A stretch of DNA of 64,000 nt from Eledone cirrhosa (taxonomy: Eukaryota): positions 134,044,001 through 134,108,000 of the forward strand of contig OZ024743.1 of assembly GCA_964016885.1 (NCBI GenBank), written 5' to 3'. Under the pieces are notes generated by a model. The model saw only the letters and a program-made list of their open reading frames with translations, ran no database searches and was not told the DNA's origin. Below, piece after piece: positions 59,621 through 64,000 of the stretch; the stretch's first letter is position 1; each line of letters begins with the position of its first letter. The position numbers and the translations under genes were made by a program.

Positions 59621-62600
59621 GTTTGGTGCTTGGTGTTTGGTGCTTGCTACGTGGTGCTTGGTGCTTGGTGTTAGGTGTTTGGTGCTTGGTGTGTGGTGTT
59701 TGGTTTTTGGTGCTTGGAGTTAGGTGTTTGCTGCTTAGTGCTTGGTGTTTGGTGTTTGGTGCTTGGTGTTTGGTGCTTGGTGCTTGGTGTTTGGTGTTTG
59801 GTGCTTGGTGTTTGGTGCTTGCTACGTGGTGCTTGGTGCTTGGTGTTTGCTGTTTGCTGTTTGGTGTCTGCTTTTTGGTGTTTGGTGTTTGCTGTATGGT
59901 GTTTGCTGTTTGGTGTCTGGTGTTTGCTGTTTGGTGTTTGGTCTTTGGTGCTTGGTGTTTGGTGCTTGGTGCTTGGTGTTTGGTGTTTGGTGCTTGGTGC
60001 TTGGTGTTTGGTGTTTGGTGCTTGGTGCTTGGTGTTTGGTGTTTGGTGCTTTGTGTCAGGTGCTTGGTGTTTGGTGTTTGCTGTATGTTGTTTGCTGTTT
60101 GGTGTTTGGTGTTTGGTATTTGGTGTTTGGTGCTTGGTGCTTGGTGTTTGGTGCTTGGTGCTTGGTGTTTGGTGCCTGTTGCTTGGTGCTTGTTGTTTGG
60201 TGTTTGGTGCTTGGTGCTTGGTGCTTGGAGTTTGGTGTTTGGTGCTTGTTGCTTGGTGTATTGTGTTTGGTTTTTGGTTTTTGGTGCTTGGTGCTTGGTG
60301 CTTGGTCCTTGGTGTTTGGTGCTGCGTGCTTTGTGTTTGGTGCTTGGTGCTTTGTGCTTGGTGTTTGGTGTTTGCTGCTTGGTGTTTGGTGCTTGGTGCT
60401 TCGTGCTTGGTGTTTTGTGTTTGGTGCTTGGTGCTTGGTGTTTGGTGCTTGGTGCTTGGTGCTTGGTGTTTGTACTTGGTGCTTGGTGCTTGGTGTTTGG
60501 TTCTTGGTTCTTGGTGTTTGGTACTTGGTGCTTGGTGCTTGGTGCTTGGTGTTTGGTGCTTGGTGTTTGGTGCTTGGTGCTTGGTGTTTGGTGCTTGGTG
60601 CTTGGTATTTGGTGTTTGGTGTTTGGTGTTTGCTGTTTGCTGTTTGGTGTTTGGTGTTTGCTGTTTGCTGTTTGGTGTCTGCTTTTTGGTGTTTGGTGTT
60701 TGCTGTATGGTGTTTGCTGTTTGGTGTTTGGTGTTTGCTGTTTGGTGTTTGGTCTTTGGTGCTTGGTGTTTGGTGCTTGGTGCTTGGTGTTTGGTGTTTG
60801 GTGCTTGGTGCTTGGTGTTTGGTGTTTGGTGCTTGGTGCTTGGTCTCTGGTGCTTGGTGCTTGGTGCTTGGTGTTTGGTGCTTGGTGCTTGGTGCTGGGT
60901 GCTGGGTGCTTGGTCTTTGGTGCTTGGTGTTTGGTGTTTGCTGTTTGGTATTTGGTGTTTGGTGTTTGGTGTTTGCTGTTTGGTGTCTGCTTTTTGGTGT
61001 TTGGTGTTTGTTGTATGGTGTTTGCTGTTTCGTGTTTGGTGTTTGCTGTTTGCTGTTTGGTGTTTGGTGTTTGCTGTTTGGTGTTTGGTCTTTGGTGCTT
61101 GGTGATTGGTGCTTGGTGTTTGGTGTTTGGTGCTTGGTGTTTGGTTTTTGGTGCTTGGTGCTTGGTGCTTGGTGTTTGGTGTTTGGTGCTTGGTGCTTGG
61201 TGCTTGGTGTTTGGTGCTTGGTGCTTGGTGTTTGGTGCTGGGTGCTTGGTGTTTGGTGCTTGGTGCTTGGTGCTTGGTGTTTGGTGCTGGGTGCTTGGTG
61301 TTTGGTGTTCGGTGTTATAAGCTTGGTGTTTGATGCTTGGTGCTTGGTGCTTGTTGTTTGGTGTTTGGTGCTTGGTGTTTGATGCTTGGTGTTTGATGCT
61401 TGGTGCTTGGTGCTTGGTGTTTGGTGCTTGGTGCTTGGTGTTTGTACTTGGTGCTTGGTTCTTTGTGTTTGGTGCTTGGTGCTTGGTGCTTTGTGTTTGG
61501 TGCTTGGTGTTTGGTGCTTGGTGTTTGGTGCTTGGTGCCTGGTGCTTGGTGCTTGGTGCTTGGTGTTTGGTGCTTGGTGTTTGGTGCTTGGTGTTAGGTG
61601 TTTGGTGCTTGGTGCTTGGTGTTTGGTGTTTGGTGCTTGGTGTTTGGTGCTTGGTGCTTGGTGTTTGGTGTTTGGTGCTTGGTGTTTGGTGCTTGGTACT
61701 TGGTGCTTGGTGTTAGGTGTTTGGTGCTTGGTGCTTGGTGTTTGGTTTTTGGTGCTTGGTGCTTGGTGTTTGGTGTTTGGTGCTTGCTGCTGGCTGCTTG
61801 GTGCTTGGTGATTGGTGCTTGGTGTTTGGTGCTTGGTGTTTGGTGTTTGGTGTTTGGTGCTTGGTGCTTGGTGCATGGTGCTTGGTGTTTGGTGCTTGGT
61901 GTTTGGTGCTTGGTGTTAGGTGTTTGGTGCTTAGTGCTTGGTGTTTGGTGTTTGGTGCTTGGTCTTTGGTGCTTGGTGCTTGGTGTTTGGTGTTTGGTGC
62001 TTGGTGTTTGGTGCTTGCTACGTGGTGCTTGGTGCTTGGTGTTAGGTGTTTGGTGCTTGGTGTGTGGTGTTTGGTTTTTGGTGCTTGGTGTTAGGTGTTT
62101 GGTGCTTAGTGCTTGGTGTTTGGTGTTTGGTGCTTGGTGTTTGGTGCTTGGTGCTTGGTGTTTGGTGTTTGGTGCTTGGTGTTTGGTGCTTGCTACGTGG
62201 TGCTTGGTGCTTGGTGTTTGCTGTTTGCTGATTGGTGTCTGCTTTTTGGTGTTTGGTGTTTGTTGTATGGTGTTTGCTGTTTGGTGTCTGGTGTTTGCTG
62301 TTTGGTGTTTGGTCTTTGGTGCTTGGTGTTTGGTGCTTGGTGCTTGGTGTTTGGTGTTTGGTGCTTGGTGCTTGTTGTTTGGTGTTTGGTGCTTGGTGCT
62401 TGGTGTTTGGTGTTTGGTGCTTTGTGTCAGGTGCTTGGTGTTTGGTGTTTGCTGTATGTTGTTTGCTGTTTGGTGTTTGGTGTTTGGTATTTGGTGTTTG
62501 GTGCTTGGTGCTTGGTGTTTGGTGCTTGGTGCTTGGTGTTTGGTGCCTGTTGCTTGGTGCTTGTTGTTTGGTGTTTGGTGCTTGGTGCTTGGTGCTTGGA

Positions 62601-64000
62601 GTTTGGTGTTTGGTGCTTATTGCTTGGTGTTTTGTGTTTGGTTTTTGGTTTTTGGTGCTTGGTGCTTGGTGCTTGGTCCTTGGTGTTTGGTGCTGCGTGC
62701 TTTGTGTTTGGTGCTTGGTGCTTTGTGCTTGGTGTTTGGTGTTTGCTGCTTGGTGTTTGGTGCTTGGTGCTTCGTGCTTGGTGTTTTGTGTTTGGTGCTT
62801 GGTGCTTGGTGTTTGGTGCTTGGTGCTTGGTGCTTGGTGTTTGTACTTGGTGCTTGGTGCTTGGTGTTTGGTTCTTGGTTCTTGGTGTTTGGTACTTGGT
62901 GCTTGGTGCTTGGTGCTTGGTGTTTGGTGCTTGGTGTTTGGTGCTTGGTGCTTGGTGTTTGGTGCTTGGTGTTTGGTGCTTGGTGCTTGGTATTTGGTGT
63001 TTGGTGTTTGGTGTTTGCTGTTTGCTGTTTGGTGTTTGGTGTTTGCTGTTTGCTGTTTGGTGTCTGCTTTTTGGTGTTTGGTGTTTGCTGTATGGTGTTT
63101 GCTGTTTGGTGTTTGGTGTTTGCTGTTTGGTGTTTGGTCTTTGGTGCTTGGTGTTTGGTGCTTGGTGCTTGGTGTTTGGTGTTTGGTGCTTGGTGCTTGG
63201 TGTTTGGTGTTTGGTGCTTGGTGCTTGGTGTCTGGTGCTTGGTGCTTGGTGCTTGGTGTTTGGTGCTTGGTGCTTGGTGCTGGGTGCTGGGTGCTTGGTC
63301 TTTGGTGCTTGGTGTTTGGTGTTTGGTGCTTGGTGTTTGGTGCTTGGTGTTTGGTGCTTGGTGATTAGTGTTTGGTGCTTGGTGCTTGGGGTTTGGTGTT
63401 TCGTGCTTGGTGCTTGGTGTTTGGTGCTTGGTACTTGGTGTTTGGTGCTTGGTGTTTGGTGTTTGCTGTTTGGTGTTTGGTGTTTGGTGTTTGGTGTTTG
63501 CTGTTTGGTGTCTGCTTTTTGGTGTTTGGTGTTTGTTGTATGGTGTTTGCTGTTTCGTGTTTGGTGTTTGCTGTTTGCTGTTTGGTGTTTGGTGTTTGCT
63601 GTTTGGTGTTTGGTCTTTGGTGCTTGGTGATTGGTGCTTGGTGTTTGGTGTTTGGTGCTTGGTGTTTGGTTTTTGGTGCTTGGTGCTTGGTGCTTGGTGT
63701 TTGGTGTTTGGTGCTTGGTGCTTGGTGCTTGGTGTTTGGTGCTTGGTGCTTGGTGTTTGGTGCTGGGTGCTTGGTGTTTGGTGCTTGGTGCTTGGTGCTT
63801 GGTGTTTGGTGCTGGGTGCTTGGTGTTTGGTGTTCGGTGTTATATGCTTGGTGTTTGATGCTTGGTGCTTGGTGCTTGTTGTTTGGTGTTTGGTGCTTGG
63901 TGTTTGATGCTTGGTGTTTGATGCTTGGTGCTTGGTGCTTGGTGTTTGGTGCTTGGTGCTTGGTGTTTGTACTTGGTGCTTGGTTCTTTGTGTTTGGTGC

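Larger units (their letters stand above)
1..64000. repeat. Heptamer satellite array (TTGGTGY)n, ~9,100 monomers, single orientation, truncated by both window ends
   Basis: Every line parses as TTGGTGT/TTGGTGC with scattered substitutions. The + strand is almost entirely T/G with very few A. No unique spacer or inverted segment was seen. All three + frames give the same LVLGAWC/LVFGVWC heptad, and the minus-strand ORFs give TKHQAPS/TKHQTPN. Confidence 0.99.
50860..64000. repeat. Large overlapping duplications: offsets 7929/8062 (~50860-55080 vs ~58790-63140) and 6027 (~55110-57970 vs ~61140-64000)
   Basis: ORF pairs 51211/59140 (7929); 51994/60056 and 53536/61598 (8062); 55571/61598 and 57341/63368 (6027). 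Private variants GTATTGTG, GGTCTCTGG and TTATAAGC are shared between copies. Confidence 0.9.

Noticed and set aside
973-61876. Minus-strand TKHQAPS/TKHQTPN ORFs resembling mucin or Pol II CTD-like heptad proteins
   Set aside because: They are the reverse-complement translation of the satellite. The ATGs come from sporadic CAT variants, and there is no unique domain, signal peptide or flanking gene context.
1224-62095. TTAGG and TTGGGG matches to arthropod and ciliate telomere motifs
   Set aside because: These are isolated single variants of the monomer, never tandem, and spread only by block duplication.
973-63846. TTATAT/TTATAA as TATA-box promoters
   Set aside because: They are a duplicated landmark variant with no gene or other promoter context.
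1-64000. Long + strand ORFs (up to 1197 aa) of hydrophobic LVLGAWC heptads
   Set aside because: A 7-nt period gives the same peptide in all three frames. The consensus has no stop codon, variants show no codon-position bias, starts are just TTG/GTG from the repeat, and 6-mer monomers shift frame freely.
1-64000. CRISPR array or other spacer-acquisition system
   Set aside because: There are no unique spacers between constant repeats and no cas genes. All variation is substitution within the heptamer.
1-64000. Cyanobacterial STRR heptamer repeats (STRR2-like)
   Set aside because: The similarity is only partial. STRRs form short tracts between or within genes, not gene-free arrays of more than 64 kb.
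1-64000. Fungal RIP signature (TG>TA variants such as TTAGTG, TTGGTAC)
   Set aside because: The vast majority of TG/CA targets are intact and A is very rare. The few TA variants are inherited landmarks.
1-64000. Pure sequencing artefact or random low-complexity noise
   Set aside because: Rare variants recur in consistent contexts at exact offsets and form nested lineages, which random error would not produce. The copy number of individual blocks still needs read support.

Overview
The whole 64 kb is one uninterrupted tandem array of a degenerate 7-bp monomer, TTGGTG(C/T) (minus strand (A/G)CACCAA), roughly 9,100 copies, all in one orientation and running off both window ends. I see no supportable gene, RNA gene, mobile element, CRISPR array or unique DNA. 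The ORF track is an artefact of a stop-free heptamer whose length is coprime to 3. The information lies in the variants: (i) a binary C/T state at monomer position 7; (ii) a small set of recurrent landmark variants (TTGTAC, GATTAG, TTATATG, GGATC, CTGCTTT, CTACG); (iii) interspersed ~120-190 bp islands of a second monomer, TTGCTGT; (iv) nested duplications with offsets from 175 bp to ~10 kb, whose breakpoints fall in 7-bp register wherever I checked; and (v) a left-to-right turnover of diagnostic variants. The best reading is a eukaryote-type simple satellite (pericentromeric, centromeric, subtelomeric or telomere-like) with irregular, actively evolving higher-order structure. Organism and function cannot be determined from the sequence. 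Offsets come from landmark positions and ORF-track coordinates; block boundaries are approximate (about +/-50-100 bp).
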